IMG/VR virus record: IMGVR_UViG_3300028797_000113
DNA from: a virus
Taxonomy: Duplodnaviria > Heunggongvirae > Uroviricota > Caudoviricetes
Length of the DNA stretch: 22,015 nucleotides
Reading direction: 5' to 3' (one strand)
Shown: piece by piece, positions 7,054 to 16,025 of the stretch
Layout of the letters: each line of letters opens with the position of its first letter
Position numbering within the stretch: the first letter of the stretch is position 1
The notes under the pieces: generated by a model
Databases searched by the model: none
What the model saw: only the letters and a program-made list of their open reading frames with translations
Told to the model about the DNA's origin: nothing
Position numbers and translations under genes: made by a program

Positions 7054-7230
7054 ATGAAAGAGAAATTTAAAGGTTTTTGTTTCTTAAGTATTATGCCGTT
7101 GGTTATTTTATCGGCGGTATTTTTTGATAGCGGAATTACGAACGGATATGAAGTTATGCTTTTGCTTGGCTTTTTGAGTTTTATTATCGCAGCGTTTAAT
7201 TTCGCAACGGTGCTGATATTAGGGAATTAA
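7054..7230 (+). CDS. Small membrane protein with two predicted TM helices (58 aa)
   Basis: GGAGGAG RBS; hydrophobic stretches FCFLSIMPLVILSAVFF and VMLLLGFLSFIIAAFNFATVLIL. Confidence 0.8.
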   Translation: MKEKFKGFCFLSIMPLVILSAVFFDSGITNGYEVMLLLGFLSFIIAAFNFATVLILGN

Positions 7231-7242
7231 GGAGGATAAAAA

Positions 7243-7881
7243 ATGAGTTATTGGACTTATGTTAGGGGGTACATTAAAGTAGATTGCGTTGGTAGAACAC
7301 AGCCCGAAATCGAGTATATTCTTAAAAGTATTTTAGACCATATGCCACGCATTACTGGTTCAGAGGGAGACGTAACTGTCCACATAGTAAAGGCAGATGG
7401 TCACTCTTGTTCATCAAGTTGTGATGAGTATGATGATTGCACTAACAATCTAACTGATTGGTACGGAAATAAATCTTATGAAAGAGGTTGGTTAAGAACA
7501 CAACCGAGATTTTATTTGCTTCTTGAGGGTTCATTAAGGGACAGACACTTCGAACAGACACACAGGGAAACAATGAAATTCTTATGCAGACTGGCAAAAA
7601 GAATTTCTGTTGAAGATATACTAATTAAAGTGCAAGGCTATCAGCAGAACGCAATAATAGATAACGCAAAACCTTTTAAAGAAATGAACGAAATGCCGAG
7701 TTGGTGTAATGATACTCACGAACCTGCTTGGTGGGAACATCTTATGTGGAACAGATACAAAGACTCCGCACTACCATTAAGTTTATTAGTCAAATATTAT
7801 TATGACGAAGAAGCAGACGCAGAGTGGGACAAACAATTTAAAGTTAAGGAGAATAAAAACGGAGGTGGATGCCATGAATAG
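7243..7881 (+). CDS. Conserved-type hypothetical phage protein (212 aa, MSYWTYVRGYI...ITGSEGD...GSLRDR)
   Basis: TAAGGAGG RBS; long ORF. Confidence 0.9.
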   Translation: MSYWTYVRGYIKVDCVGRTQPEIEYILKSILDHMPRITGSEGDVTVHIVKADGHSCSSSCDEYDDCTNNLTDWYGNKSYERGWLRTQPRFYLLLEGSLRDRHFEQTHRETMKFLCRLAKRISVEDILIKVQGYQQNAIIDNAKPFKEMNEMPSWCNDTHEPAWWEHLMWNRYKDSALPLSLLVKYYYDEEADAEWDKQFKVKENKNGGGCHE

Positions 7882-8131
7882 CAAAGGCAAAAGACAGTAT
7901 TACAGATATATGGGTAACAGCGACGGATCGGGATGTCCGTATGGCATTGTGTTTAAATGCTACACAGACGAAGAATACGAATACTACAAACAATTTTACA
8001 GATTAGTGCCTGAAGTCAAATCAAGTACAAAGGCAAAACGCATAGCGATAGCAAAGGCGTCGTTGGCTATCGCGGGCATGATATGTGGAATTTCTAGAGG
8101 TGGATATGCAATAACGGAGGACAGATTATGA
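7874..8131 (+). CDS. Hypothetical phage protein (85 aa)
   Basis: GGAGGTG RBS before ATG 7874 (start trimmed). Confidence 0.8.
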   Translation: MNSKGKRQYYRYMGNSDGSGCPYGIVFKCYTDEEYEYYKQFYRLVPEVKSSTKAKRIAIAKASLAIAGMICGISRGGYAITEDRL

Positions 8132-8463
8132 TAGTCTACGAAGCGCGTTATTATGGTGGAGAATACGAAGATAAATTTGACAATTCACTTGGCATTTATG
8201 ATGACTTGCAACTTGCGGTGGAGAAATGCCTGCGAACAATGGAACGCTTTCAGAAATCAACGTGGGATGACGTAGATTATATAGAACATAAGGAAACACG
8301 TTGCTTCTATATTCATGCGTGGGAAGTAAATGTTGGTATGTCGGAGCGCAATATACGCATTTGGCGTCGTCGAAAAGACGGAAAATTCTTTGACATCCCC
8401 GATACAGACGAAGAAGAAGAAGACGAATACGATCCGTGGACAGATAAAGAGGAGGAAAAATAA
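8128..8463 (+). CDS. Hypothetical protein with acidic C-terminal tail (111 aa)
   Basis: GGAGG RBS, ATGA overlap; ends DTDEEEEDEYDPWTDKEEEK. Confidence 0.85.
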   Translation: MIVYEARYYGGEYEDKFDNSLGIYDDLQLAVEKCLRTMERFQKSTWDDVDYIEHKETRCFYIHAWEVNVGMSERNIRIWRRRKDGKFFDIPDTDEEEEDEYDPWTDKEEEK

Positions 8464-8801
8464 TGACAGTATATCAGGTAAAACATTTATATGATACAGA
8501 TGGCGGCTTCGGAGATGCAGTCGGATGTTCAGACACAATAGCGATTTTTTTGCAGCTGGAAGACGCGGAAGCATTTAAGAAAAAGTACGAAAAGCCACAC
8601 GCTTACGACAAACCTTATTCATACTTATTCTGCGGAGAGTTAGAGGTTGTGGAAATGGAAGTACAGGAATCAATAAACGACATCAGCGAAAACGACGAAA
8701 AGTATTTTTGGTGGTTGCATAATCGCGAAATTGAGATAGTACATGACGAAGATGACGATTATTGGGATGACGACGACGAGGAGGATGACGAAGATGAGTA
8801 G
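8463..8801 (+). CDS. Hypothetical protein with highly acidic tail (112 aa)
   Basis: GAGGAGG RBS, TAATG overlap; ends HDEDDDYWDDDDEEDDEDE. Confidence 0.85.
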   Translation: MTVYQVKHLYDTDGGFGDAVGCSDTIAIFLQLEDAEAFKKKYEKPHAYDKPYSYLFCGELEVVEMEVQESINDISENDEKYFWWLHNREIEIVHDEDDDYWDDDDEEDDEDE

Positions 8802-9408
8802 AATTATTGCGGTTTTTGAAACAACATTAGATTTAGGCAAAATTAACTACTTAAAGAACGGAAAAAAATCTTGTCCCGTGGAAGTATTAATGGAACTGAC
8901 TTTAAGAGCCAATGCTGAAGGCACGGAGTATTGGGAATTTACTGCGGTGGGGGACATCTTAAACCATTTAGGCACGAAGATATACCACGCTGGACAATGC
9001 CTTGATACCATTGCGGAATTTAGGATCGACAATAAAGACTTCCGCAAGGTATATGACTGGTGGAAAAAGTATCATCTCAACAGTATGAACGCTGGAACGC
9101 GTGAACAAATGGAGGCACTTGCGGAATATCGCAAGGCAAACCCGGAGCGTTCTACTTACAAGGATGAATGCGATTATCTTGAGAGTTTAGACCTTTACGA
9201 AGTGAAGTTCTTTGGTCACACCGAGAAAAAGAAATACAACGGAGAGTTGTATCGCTATGGCTCTGGTTGGGTTATCAACTTCATTCCCGACGAAGTGGTT
9301 GAAGAAATGAAAGACTTCGTCGGAACACACAATGGAACTGTCACGCTTTATGACGAAGAAGGACGGAAGACAGACGTAACAAAAAAAGTTTTCAAGGAGG
9401 TAGTGTAG
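8794..9408 (+). CDS. Conserved-type hypothetical phage protein (204 aa; GQCLD...YHLNSMNAGT motif)
   Basis: GAGGAGG RBS before ATG 8794 (start trimmed). Confidence 0.85.
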   Translation: MSRIIAVFETTLDLGKINYLKNGKKSCPVEVLMELTLRANAEGTEYWEFTAVGDILNHLGTKIYHAGQCLDTIAEFRIDNKDFRKVYDWWKKYHLNSMNAGTREQMEALAEYRKANPERSTYKDECDYLESLDLYEVKFFGHTEKKKYNGELYRYGSGWVINFIPDEVVEEMKDFVGTHNGTVTLYDEEGRKTDVTKKVFKEVV

Positions 9409-9409
9409 T

Positions 9410-9655
9410 ATGGTTAAGAGATTTGAGTTAGAAGCAGGTAAACGACAGTCGTTTTATGGCAAATGTTACGTCGAACAAGACGGAAACACTTGCACCTTGT
9501 ACTCATACAATAGCCGTGTAATGGCGATAAACGTCGTTACAAGGGAGATTTGGAAGTACAGCGCATATAACTATTCGCAGACCACAAGACGCCATCAGAA
9601 AGCGTTCTGCGAGTTTTACGACATAACGGAAGAAGAACTTAAAAATGCTTATTAA
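9410..9655 (+). CDS. Conserved-type small phage protein (81 aa; SFYGK...LYSYN...YSQTTRRHQ)
   Basis: AAGGAGGT RBS; recurrent phage early-protein motif. Confidence 0.85.
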   Translation: MVKRFELEAGKRQSFYGKCYVEQDGNTCTLYSYNSRVMAINVVTREIWKYSAYNYSQTTRRHQKAFCEFYDITEEELKNAY

Positions 9656-9670
9656 GGAGGTATGCGTCCT

Positions 9671-10096
9671 ATGAGAAAAGAATTACAGGCTTTCGAGATT
9701 TGGATGGGTAACGAGAGAGATTGTCCCAACAGAAAATTCATCCGAGTATCGCGTTGGATTAAGTTGCAGACCAACTACAACCCCAACAAGAGAAACGCAT
9801 TATGGGATTATGTAACAGACGCGTATGGTTTTCATCCGTATCAAGCCGCCTTTAACGCAAAGGATGGTTTGTTCCTTGATTTCTTTAGGTTCAACGGAAC
9901 CACCTATGCGCTTGAACAGTTTATCCGCTTTGGCAGTATTGCGGACTCAATAGGACACGCCGAAGGATATATCGAAGATAAACTGAAGCATTTTCTCTGC
10001 GGCTATGACGCAAACGATTACTTTCATCCGTTGTATATCGAATTTGATGAGTGGGGAGAATACGTCAGATTATATGTTTGTGAGGAGGGTAGATGA
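9671..10096 (+). CDS. Hypothetical phage protein (141 aa)
   Basis: TAAGGAGGT RBS spacing favours ATG 9671 over 9662. Confidence 0.85.
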   Translation: MRKELQAFEIWMGNERDCPNRKFIRVSRWIKLQTNYNPNKRNALWDYVTDAYGFHPYQAAFNAKDGLFLDFFRFNGTTYALEQFIRFGSIADSIGHAEGYIEDKLKHFLCGYDANDYFHPLYIEFDEWGEYVRLYVCEEGR

Positions 10097-10097
10097 T

Positions 10098-10529
10098 ATG
10101 GAGTTTTATAGCATTGACAAAAATATGCTTGACAATGAAGTAGGAGATACGGTGTGTGTCATATTGACGATGGATGATTATGACTGGGCAACATACAACC
10201 TAAAGATGCATTTTCGTATCAAAGATGGGGCTATACTTGTTCTTGAAGAAGAATATTCTGCGTTTGATACAGCAGATTACAAGCTTAAGAGAATCGAAGG
10301 CGACACCATAACAGAAACCAAGTTTAGCGCGACTTCTGAATGGGCGACACGGCATATCAAACAGAATTTGAACAGACATTTAGACGTCTTTGACAAGGCA
10401 GAGTGGTTTATTGGCGATACGGATTTGTTTATTGACCAGTACAACGACATTATTGCCTTATTATGTGTCGCAGAACAGAACGCACCCCAAACAAAAACAT
10501 ATACGAAGGGAGAAAATGACAATGATTAA
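10098..10529 (+). CDS. Hypothetical acidic protein (143 aa)
   Basis: GAGGAGGG RBS before ATG 10098 (start trimmed). Confidence 0.85.
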   Translation: MEFYSIDKNMLDNEVGDTVCVILTMDDYDWATYNLKMHFRIKDGAILVLEEEYSAFDTADYKLKRIEGDTITETKFSATSEWATRHIKQNLNRHLDVFDKAEWFIGDTDLFIDQYNDIIALLCVAEQNAPQTKTYTKGENDND

Positions 10530-11220
10530 ACATATTATTAGACAAGTGCCAGACGAACACGCTGACTGGAGATTTTATTTTGATGGGGACTGTTTCAATG
10601 AAAACAGCGGGGATTATAACAACACTATTTTCCCGAGAACGTGGGATCATCATAGGTGGTGGGCTTGTGTAAACGAAGATGAATTTAAGACCATCCACAA
10701 TGAAATGGTAGATGTCTTTTATGATGTCAACGAGAACATTGGCTACGGCTACAAGAACGTAAAGGAAGTTATGCACGATTATAAGTTGCCATATAATCCG
10801 AAAAGCGCTCACGAGTTAAAGGTAATTGCCGAACTTGACTATGACGATTCGGAAGTTATCGCAAGATATATGACAATTAAGACGGGCAAAAAATGGGATG
10901 TTGCTGGAGGTAATGGATATTGTCAGGGCGACTTTTGTGAGATGGTTTACTGTACGGAAAACTACGACGAAAAAGCCGCAAAGGTTCTTGTTGATATGGT
11001 GCTTGGTTGCGGTCACGAATATGGAATTATCGAAGTCGACGAAGACGGTAACGAAGGAGAATCTTGTTGGGGCTTCTTTGTAACCGACACAGAAGCGTGG
11101 AGAGATGAAGACATTAAGGCTCTTATTTGCGACCGTGAAGGACTTAATCCCGAAGAAACGCAACTCGAAATGGTTGACGGAAGTACAACGCACGTAACAT
11201 ATTCATACAGAACAGCATAA
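10516..11220 (+). CDS. Conserved-type acidic hypothetical phage protein (234 aa; GYCQGD motif)
   Basis: AAGGGAG RBS before ATG 10516 (start trimmed). Confidence 0.85.
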   Translation: MTMIKHIIRQVPDEHADWRFYFDGDCFNENSGDYNNTIFPRTWDHHRWWACVNEDEFKTIHNEMVDVFYDVNENIGYGYKNVKEVMHDYKLPYNPKSAHELKVIAELDYDDSEVIARYMTIKTGKKWDVAGGNGYCQGDFCEMVYCTENYDEKAAKVLVDMVLGCGHEYGIIEVDEDGNEGESCWGFFVTDTEAWRDEDIKALICDREGLNPEETQLEMVDGSTTHVTYSYRTA

Positions 11221-11241
11221 GGAGGTCATAAGGAAATAATT

Positions 11242-11523
11242 ATGAGAGAGATTTGGATTATTGGTTGCGGTGGTTCAGACGCTGACGGCGTTGGCTTTGA
11301 GTTTGCGGTCGGGGATGTTGACGACATTAAACAGATTCTGTTTGACAAGGTAGAGCGTGACAGAGAGTACGACGAGGAAAATTGGACTCACGGCACGGAA
11401 AGTGTTGACGAAGTCGCAGAAAGAGTGACTGGCACAGTATATGCGTTCAGTTGCTTTAACGATTATCATATCGACTATGAAGCAAAACCTTTAAGAACGA
11501 TCACAATGGATGCTTGTATTTAA
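11242..11523 (+). CDS. Hypothetical acidic phage protein (93 aa; YHIDY motif)
   Basis: AAGGA RBS; tiles the array. Confidence 0.85.
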   Translation: MREIWIIGCGGSDADGVGFEFAVGDVDDIKQILFDKVERDREYDEENWTHGTESVDEVAERVTGTVYAFSCFNDYHIDYEAKPLRTITMDACI

Positions 11524-11535
11524 GGAGGTATAAGT

Positions 11536-11946
11536 ATGGAACCCATCTACACAAGAAAAGTTGGTAATGCAGTAATTAAAGTCTACGAAGACTTGACCGA
11601 CATTAACACATCTTTGTTGTTGCCGTCTGGTTTAATGATAGCAACGTATGAAGATGACACCACGGAAACCTATCTGTCTTACGAAGTACAGGGCGAAATC
11701 GACATACAGTTTAAGGGCGACTGGTATGAAGACCCGACCGAATACCCCGACGAATTAGTCGAAATGCTTAAAAACGGAGCGGCTGGAAATGAAGACATAG
11801 TTGTTATTGAAAACAACTGGTTCGAGGGGATGTTTTGGAGCGACAAGGGATGGTGCGGTACTTGTTTTTGTTCGGATGTGGTAGACATTGAAGGGATGTC
11901 GCCCGAACAGATGGCAGATGATATACAGGAGTGGGCTAAAGCATAA
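11536..11946 (+). CDS. Hypothetical acidic phage protein (136 aa)
   Basis: TAAGGAGGT RBS. Confidence 0.85.
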   Translation: MEPIYTRKVGNAVIKVYEDLTDINTSLLLPSGLMIATYEDDTTETYLSYEVQGEIDIQFKGDWYEDPTEYPDELVEMLKNGAAGNEDIVVIENNWFEGMFWSDKGWCGTCFCSDVVDIEGMSPEQMADDIQEWAKA

Positions 11947-11960
11947 TAAGGAGGTGCATT

Positions 11961-12263
11961 ATGGATAATTTAATCATTAGGGAATTGACACCCGAAGACA
12001 TTGCAAAAATGGAAAGAAATATTTTCCACGAAGACAAGGCAGAAACGGTCGCCAGACTGTTTGACACTCTCAAAACAACGAGAGCATTTCATAACATCTT
12101 AACAGATATGACTTATGAAGAGCGCGACAACGGAGATGAAACCGTGACGTGCTTTTTTAAGTATAGCAGCGGTTCGGCTGACGCCGTTCGCATTAACGTA
12201 ACGGCAGATTCTTGCGTGGCTTTAATACAGGACGTGTGGAAGCGCCTTTACGAAATGATTTAA
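11961..12263 (+). CDS. Conserved-type hypothetical protein (100 aa; INVTADS motif)
   Basis: TAAGGAGGTG RBS. Confidence 0.85.
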   Translation: MDNLIIRELTPEDIAKMERNIFHEDKAETVARLFDTLKTTRAFHNILTDMTYEERDNGDETVTCFFKYSSGSADAVRINVTADSCVALIQDVWKRLYEMI

Positions 12264-12343
12264 CAACTGAATAAGGGAGTCGCTCAATAAGTGGAAGTGC
12301 GATAAGAAACGTAAACAATTTATTTTATAAGGAGAACAAAACT

Positions 12344-13228
12344 ATGCAGAAATTTATTGATGATTTATTTAACATTATGTCAGAGAGATTTGACGGAACA
12401 ATTACAAAAAGGATGATAAGCAGAGCAAATGTCGGAGAAACGACTGGGTTTGTGCTGCGCAAAGAAGGAAGTAACTGCGCGCCGACAATTTATGTTGAGA
12501 GTTATTATGACGCTTACGCCTCCGGCTATGCAACAGTAGAAGAAATCGCAGATGAGATTTTCAAATCGATCGATGAAAATCCCGAACCTACCACAGATGT
12601 AGACATTAACCAGCTTACCAACTGGGAGTTTGTCAAAGACAAGATTAGACCCGTGTTAATTTCAACTGTCGGAAACGAAGAATACATTAAGAATTTGGCA
12701 TATTCCAAGACTCGAACCGACCTTGTTATTCTCTACCAGATTGAGTTAGTGAATGACGGAAACGCTTGCCAGTGCATTAAGATTCAGAAAGCCGCATTAA
12801 AGATATACGGAGTTACAGTAACGGAACTCAAAAAGGTAGCATTTCAGAATTTGGATGGACACATCAGATTCTTAAATATGGCTCAGGAATTAGGTTTCCT
12901 TCTTGGCGCACCCGAAGAAGAAGAAATGGAAGATTTTCCCATGTGGGTATTGTCCAATGATGCTAAAACTTACGGAGCAGCGGCTATCTTCTCAAGCAAG
13001 GCAATGAAAGAAGTCACCACAAAAATGAAGACGAACCAGTTATATATTTTGCCGTCATCTATTCACGAAGTAATAATCTTGGACGCCACAAAGCCCGACA
13101 CCGCAGGAAAGACAGAAGAATTAAAGGCAATGGTTAGGGAAGTGAACGCCACACAGGTCGCACCTAAAGACAAACTGTCCGACAATGTGTACTTCTATAA
13201 CGGAAAGACCATTGAAGTTGTAGAATAA
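12344..13228 (+). CDS. DUF5688 family protein
   Basis: APTIYVESYY near the N-terminus; C-terminal LYILPSSIHEVIIL...MVREVN...LSDNVYFY signature; AAGGAG RBS. Confidence 0.85.
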   Translation: MQKFIDDLFNIMSERFDGTITKRMISRANVGETTGFVLRKEGSNCAPTIYVESYYDAYASGYATVEEIADEIFKSIDENPEPTTDVDINQLTNWEFVKDKIRPVLISTVGNEEYIKNLAYSKTRTDLVILYQIELVNDGNACQCIKIQKAALKIYGVTVTELKKVAFQNLDGHIRFLNMAQELGFLLGAPEEEEMEDFPMWVLSNDAKTYGAAAIFSSKAMKEVTTKMKTNQLYILPSSIHEVIILDATKPDTAGKTEELKAMVREVNATQVAPKDKLSDNVYFYNGKTIEVVE

Positions 13229-13235
13229 TTAAATC

Positions 13236-13260
13236 GGGGCGGGTAACCGCCCCTTTTATT
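13236..13260 (+). terminator. Intrinsic terminator
   Basis: GGGGCGG-GTAA-CCGCCCC followed by TTTTATT. Confidence 0.85.
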
Positions 13261-13273
13261 CAAGGAGGTTTAT

Positions 13274-13609
13274 ATGAAAACATTATCGCTTCAGAATTAT
13301 GGCACAAAACACAAGTTAGTTGTTAGCATTGACAAGTATGCGAACAATGGAAACCTTGCCATTTCACTACTGGAAAAGACGGAGTATGGATATGAGCCGT
13401 ACGCCTTTCTTACGACCAACACGGGACTGTTCTTGCCCGACGATAACCTCGCAGTTGTCGACACCAATAACTGCCCGTGGGCTGAACGCTTAATCGAGAG
13501 ATACGGACTGGGCGAGTTCTTCTCGGTAACCGCGTCTGGTTTTTGCAGATACCCCGTTTATTCGTTCGATATGGAAAAGTTAAAAGAGTATGAATTAAAG
13601 GAGGCGTAA
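13274..13609 (+). CDS. DUF4313 family protein
   Basis: NGNLAISL...EPYA.LT.N...VDTNNCPW...SGFCRYPVYSFD signature; AAGGAGGT RBS. Confidence 0.8.
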   Translation: MKTLSLQNYGTKHKLVVSIDKYANNGNLAISLLEKTEYGYEPYAFLTTNTGLFLPDDNLAVVDTNNCPWAERLIERYGLGEFFSVTASGFCRYPVYSFDMEKLKEYELKEA

Positions 13610-13614
13610 TTCTT

Positions 13615-13710
13615 ATGAAAGAAGTATTTATGCAAGACATTATGGCGGCTTATGAAGAAAATAGAGCCAATGATGAAGATCAGTTTAAATTAGAGAACGG
13701 ATATATGTAA
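13615..13710 (+). CDS. Putative 31-aa protein
   Basis: AAGGAGG RBS; MKEVFMQDIMAAYEENRANDEDQFKLENGYM. Confidence 0.55.
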   Translation: MKEVFMQDIMAAYEENRANDEDQFKLENGYM

Positions 13711-13726
13711 CTAAAGGAGGTGCCTT

Positions 13727-14176
13727 ATGTACACAAAATTAAAAGAAATCTATGTAAAAACAAGGCTGGATATGTTTGCTATGGCGGTCAGTTATCTTAT
13801 TGATACTGGGTATAGCGCCGTAGAACAGATTACTGACGAAGAAATTGCCGAAATGGAAGGCAACGGACTGATGACAAAAGAATTTGTGCAAGGGCTGGTA
13901 AAACTCGCGAGAGAAATCACACGAGCAACCGAACACGGTACGGAAGTCATACAGTTTTGTTCTGCTTTAAGCGTGTTTGAAACCACATACTACACAAACG
14001 GAGAACACTTAAATCACAACACGCTCGAAGAAAGCGCCGGGAAACTTCTATCGCACATAGTGTACGACGAAGACATTATTATGCCCAGTTCTTCTGAAGA
14101 AGAAACCAAAGAACAGTTAGCGGATTTGCTTGATATAGATATTGAGGACATAGACAAACTGTTAGAAAGGGGGTAA
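13727..14176 (+). CDS. Hypothetical acidic protein (149 aa)
   Basis: AAGGAGGTG RBS. Confidence 0.85.
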   Translation: MYTKLKEIYVKTRLDMFAMAVSYLIDTGYSAVEQITDEEIAEMEGNGLMTKEFVQGLVKLAREITRATEHGTEVIQFCSALSVFETTYYTNGEHLNHNTLEESAGKLLSHIVYDEDIIMPSSSEEETKEQLADLLDIDIEDIDKLLERG

Positions 14177-14179
14177 GTG

Positions 14180-14353
14180 ATGGCTCATAATGAGAAACTT
14201 GACCAGATTTTAGTTGAGCAAAAGAAAAAGGGCGAAAATTATGCAGACTGGCAGAAAGAACATTATCCCGTCAAGGCTTCTCACACGGCAACAAGGGACT
14301 TTGTAATGTCAAGAAGCGTAATGCGAAGATTAGAAATTCAAAAAGGAGAGTAA
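14180..14353 (+). CDS. Hypothetical protein (57 aa)
   Basis: Not in the track; AAAGGGGGT RBS, MAHNEKLDQILVEQKKKGENYADW... Confidence 0.65.
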   Translation: MAHNEKLDQILVEQKKKGENYADWQKEHYPVKASHTATRDFVMSRSVMRRLEIQKGE

Positions 14354-14354
14354 A

Positions 14355-14588
14355 ATGGCAGATGAGATCAAATGCGAAGTCATAAAAGATTATGGCGTAA
14401 TTGCAACAAAGGGCGAGTATGAACTTAAACTTCAGAAGGTGGCGTGGAACGGTAGAGAACCCAAATACGACATTCGCGCTTGGAAAGGCGAGAAGTGTGG
14501 TAAGGGCGCTACTTTTACAGACGAAGAACTTAAAGGTCTGTATGACAAACTTAAGGAACTCGACAAAAAGGGTATCTTTAAAGAATAA
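14355..14588 (+). CDS. YdbC / PC4-like single-stranded nucleic-acid-binding protein (77 aa)
   Basis: IKCEVIKDYG...VAWNGREPKYDIRAW...GKGATFTDEEL signature. Confidence 0.85.
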   Translation: MADEIKCEVIKDYGVIATKGEYELKLQKVAWNGREPKYDIRAWKGEKCGKGATFTDEELKGLYDKLKELDKKGIFKE

Positions 14589-14630
14589 GTGGCCAGCACG
14601 CCTCTTAACAATGCGTACCAAGTTTGGTCA

Positions 14631-14660
14631 GGGGAGCCTTTGGCGCTCCCCTTTTTCTTT
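14631..14660 (+). terminator. Intrinsic terminator
   Basis: GGGGAGC (14631-14637) / GCTCCCC (14645-14651) followed by TTTTTCTTT. Confidence 0.8.
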
Positions 14661-14674
14661 CAAGGAGGAACATT

Positions 14675-14845
14675 ATGACAATAGAATACAAGGGACAAGT
14701 AAATGTATATCCCTACAAAGGAGATGTCGTGAACATAGAAATCCGCAGATATGGAGTTGATGATTACGAGCTGGTAGATATTGACAACGACACTTCACAG
14801 CGTGGGACTTTGATGGATATATTCGATTACATACAACAGTATTAA
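14675..14845 (+). CDS. Hypothetical protein (56 aa)
   Basis: AAGGAGG RBS before ATG 14675 (start trimmed). Confidence 0.8.
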   Translation: MTIEYKGQVNVYPYKGDVVNIEIRRYGVDDYELVDIDNDTSQRGTLMDIFDYIQQY

Positions 14846-14857
14846 AAGGAGGTTTTT

Positions 14858-15256
14858 ATGATGCGAATTTGTGGTTGTGTTGATGTTATAGCGGTGGCTT
14901 TAAACACTACTTTTGCGTCCGACGAATTACCGAAAATAAATATGCTCGAAAGATGCAAAGAGGATTTTGAATACCGTCTAACTTGCTGGGATAATGACAT
15001 ATTGTTCGACGATTATTATGATATGGCTGACTTCATTGTGGAAACTGAAAATCTTTCCAAAGAAGAGGATGCCATATACGACAAGGCAGACGAGTTATGT
15101 GCCTATATCCGCGAACAATGGACAAATAAACTGCCCATTATTACAGAGGTTGAGTTTGGTTCATTAGAGGATGAATGTTGGGTAGACACGATTTATATCG
15201 TGGACTGCGATTATAAAGAAATGTACAAACAGATGAAAGAAAAAGAAGGAGAATAA
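14858..15256 (+). CDS. Hypothetical acidic protein (132 aa)
   Basis: AAGGAGGT RBS. Confidence 0.85.
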   Translation: MMRICGCVDVIAVALNTTFASDELPKINMLERCKEDFEYRLTCWDNDILFDDYYDMADFIVETENLSKEEDAIYDKADELCAYIREQWTNKLPIITEVEFGSLEDECWVDTIYIVDCDYKEMYKQMKEKEGE

Positions 15257-15260
15257 AACT

Positions 15261-15686
15261 ATGGGAAACAGAGCGGTAATTACAACAAAAGAAAACTTTG
15301 AGAACAACGGAGTTGGTGTGTATTTGCACTGGAACGGCGGTAGAGATAGCGTTGAAGCGTTTCTTACCTACTGCGCCTTAAAACAGTACAGAGAGCCGGA
15401 AACTGATAACTATGGATGGGCAAGATTATGTCAGGTGATCGGAAACTTCTTCGGAGGTACTTGCTCAATAGGTATAGACACAGTCAACAGATTAGACTGC
15501 GACAACTACGACAACGGAGTTTATTTTATTGAGAACTGGAAAATCGTAGGCAGAAAATACTTCCGCGGCAGAGAACAGGACGCGTATAGGCTGATAGATA
15601 TGCTTGTCGAAATTGATGAGAAGCAGCCTAAAGATGAACAGTTGGGCAAAAGAAAAATCGAAGAACTTTTAGGAGGTCTGGAATAA
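15261..15686 (+). CDS. Conserved-type phage hypothetical protein (141 aa; MGNRAVI...YLHWNGG...DNGVY)
   Basis: AAGGAG RBS; recurrent phage early-gene motif of unknown function. Confidence 0.88.
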   Translation: MGNRAVITTKENFENNGVGVYLHWNGGRDSVEAFLTYCALKQYREPETDNYGWARLCQVIGNFFGGTCSIGIDTVNRLDCDNYDNGVYFIENWKIVGRKYFRGREQDAYRLIDMLVEIDEKQPKDEQLGKRKIEELLGGLE

Positions 15687-15687
15687 T

Positions 15688-15861
15688 ATGGATTTAGTAA
15701 AGATTACTTGTTACGGAAAAACAGATGTGATGGAACGCGCTGACGCAATAAAATTATATGCTGAAGGCGTGTTCGCTTGCGAAGGAAGTGAGCGTGAAAG
15801 ATACGCAACGATACTTGCGGGATTAAATGCCGGGCTTAATGAAGTAAGTGATGAATATTAA
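15688..15861 (+). CDS. Conserved-type small protein (57 aa; ITCYGK...CEGSERERY)
   Basis: Not in the track; AGGAGGT RBS. Confidence 0.8.
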   Translation: MDLVKITCYGKTDVMERADAIKLYAEGVFACEGSERERYATILAGLNAGLNEVSDEY

Positions 15862-15873
15862 GGAGGTGCTTTA

Positions 15874-16023
15874 ATGTTAAGGATTGTTTTTAGGTACAGA
15901 GATGAACTGAGCGGATGGGAATGGAGAACCCAGAGATGTACCGTGTCAAGTGTTGATGAGTGCATCCGAATTTATGGTCTAAATGACTGTGATTATGAAA
16001 TTATAAGCACAGAGGAGGTGTAA
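15874..16023 (+). CDS. Conserved-type small protein (49 aa; FRYRD...WEW...C.V.S..EC..IYGL)
   Basis: Not in the track; TAAGGAGGTG RBS. Confidence 0.8.
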   Translation: MLRIVFRYRDELSGWEWRTQRCTVSSVDECIRIYGLNDCDYEIISTEEV

Positions 16024-16025
16024 AT

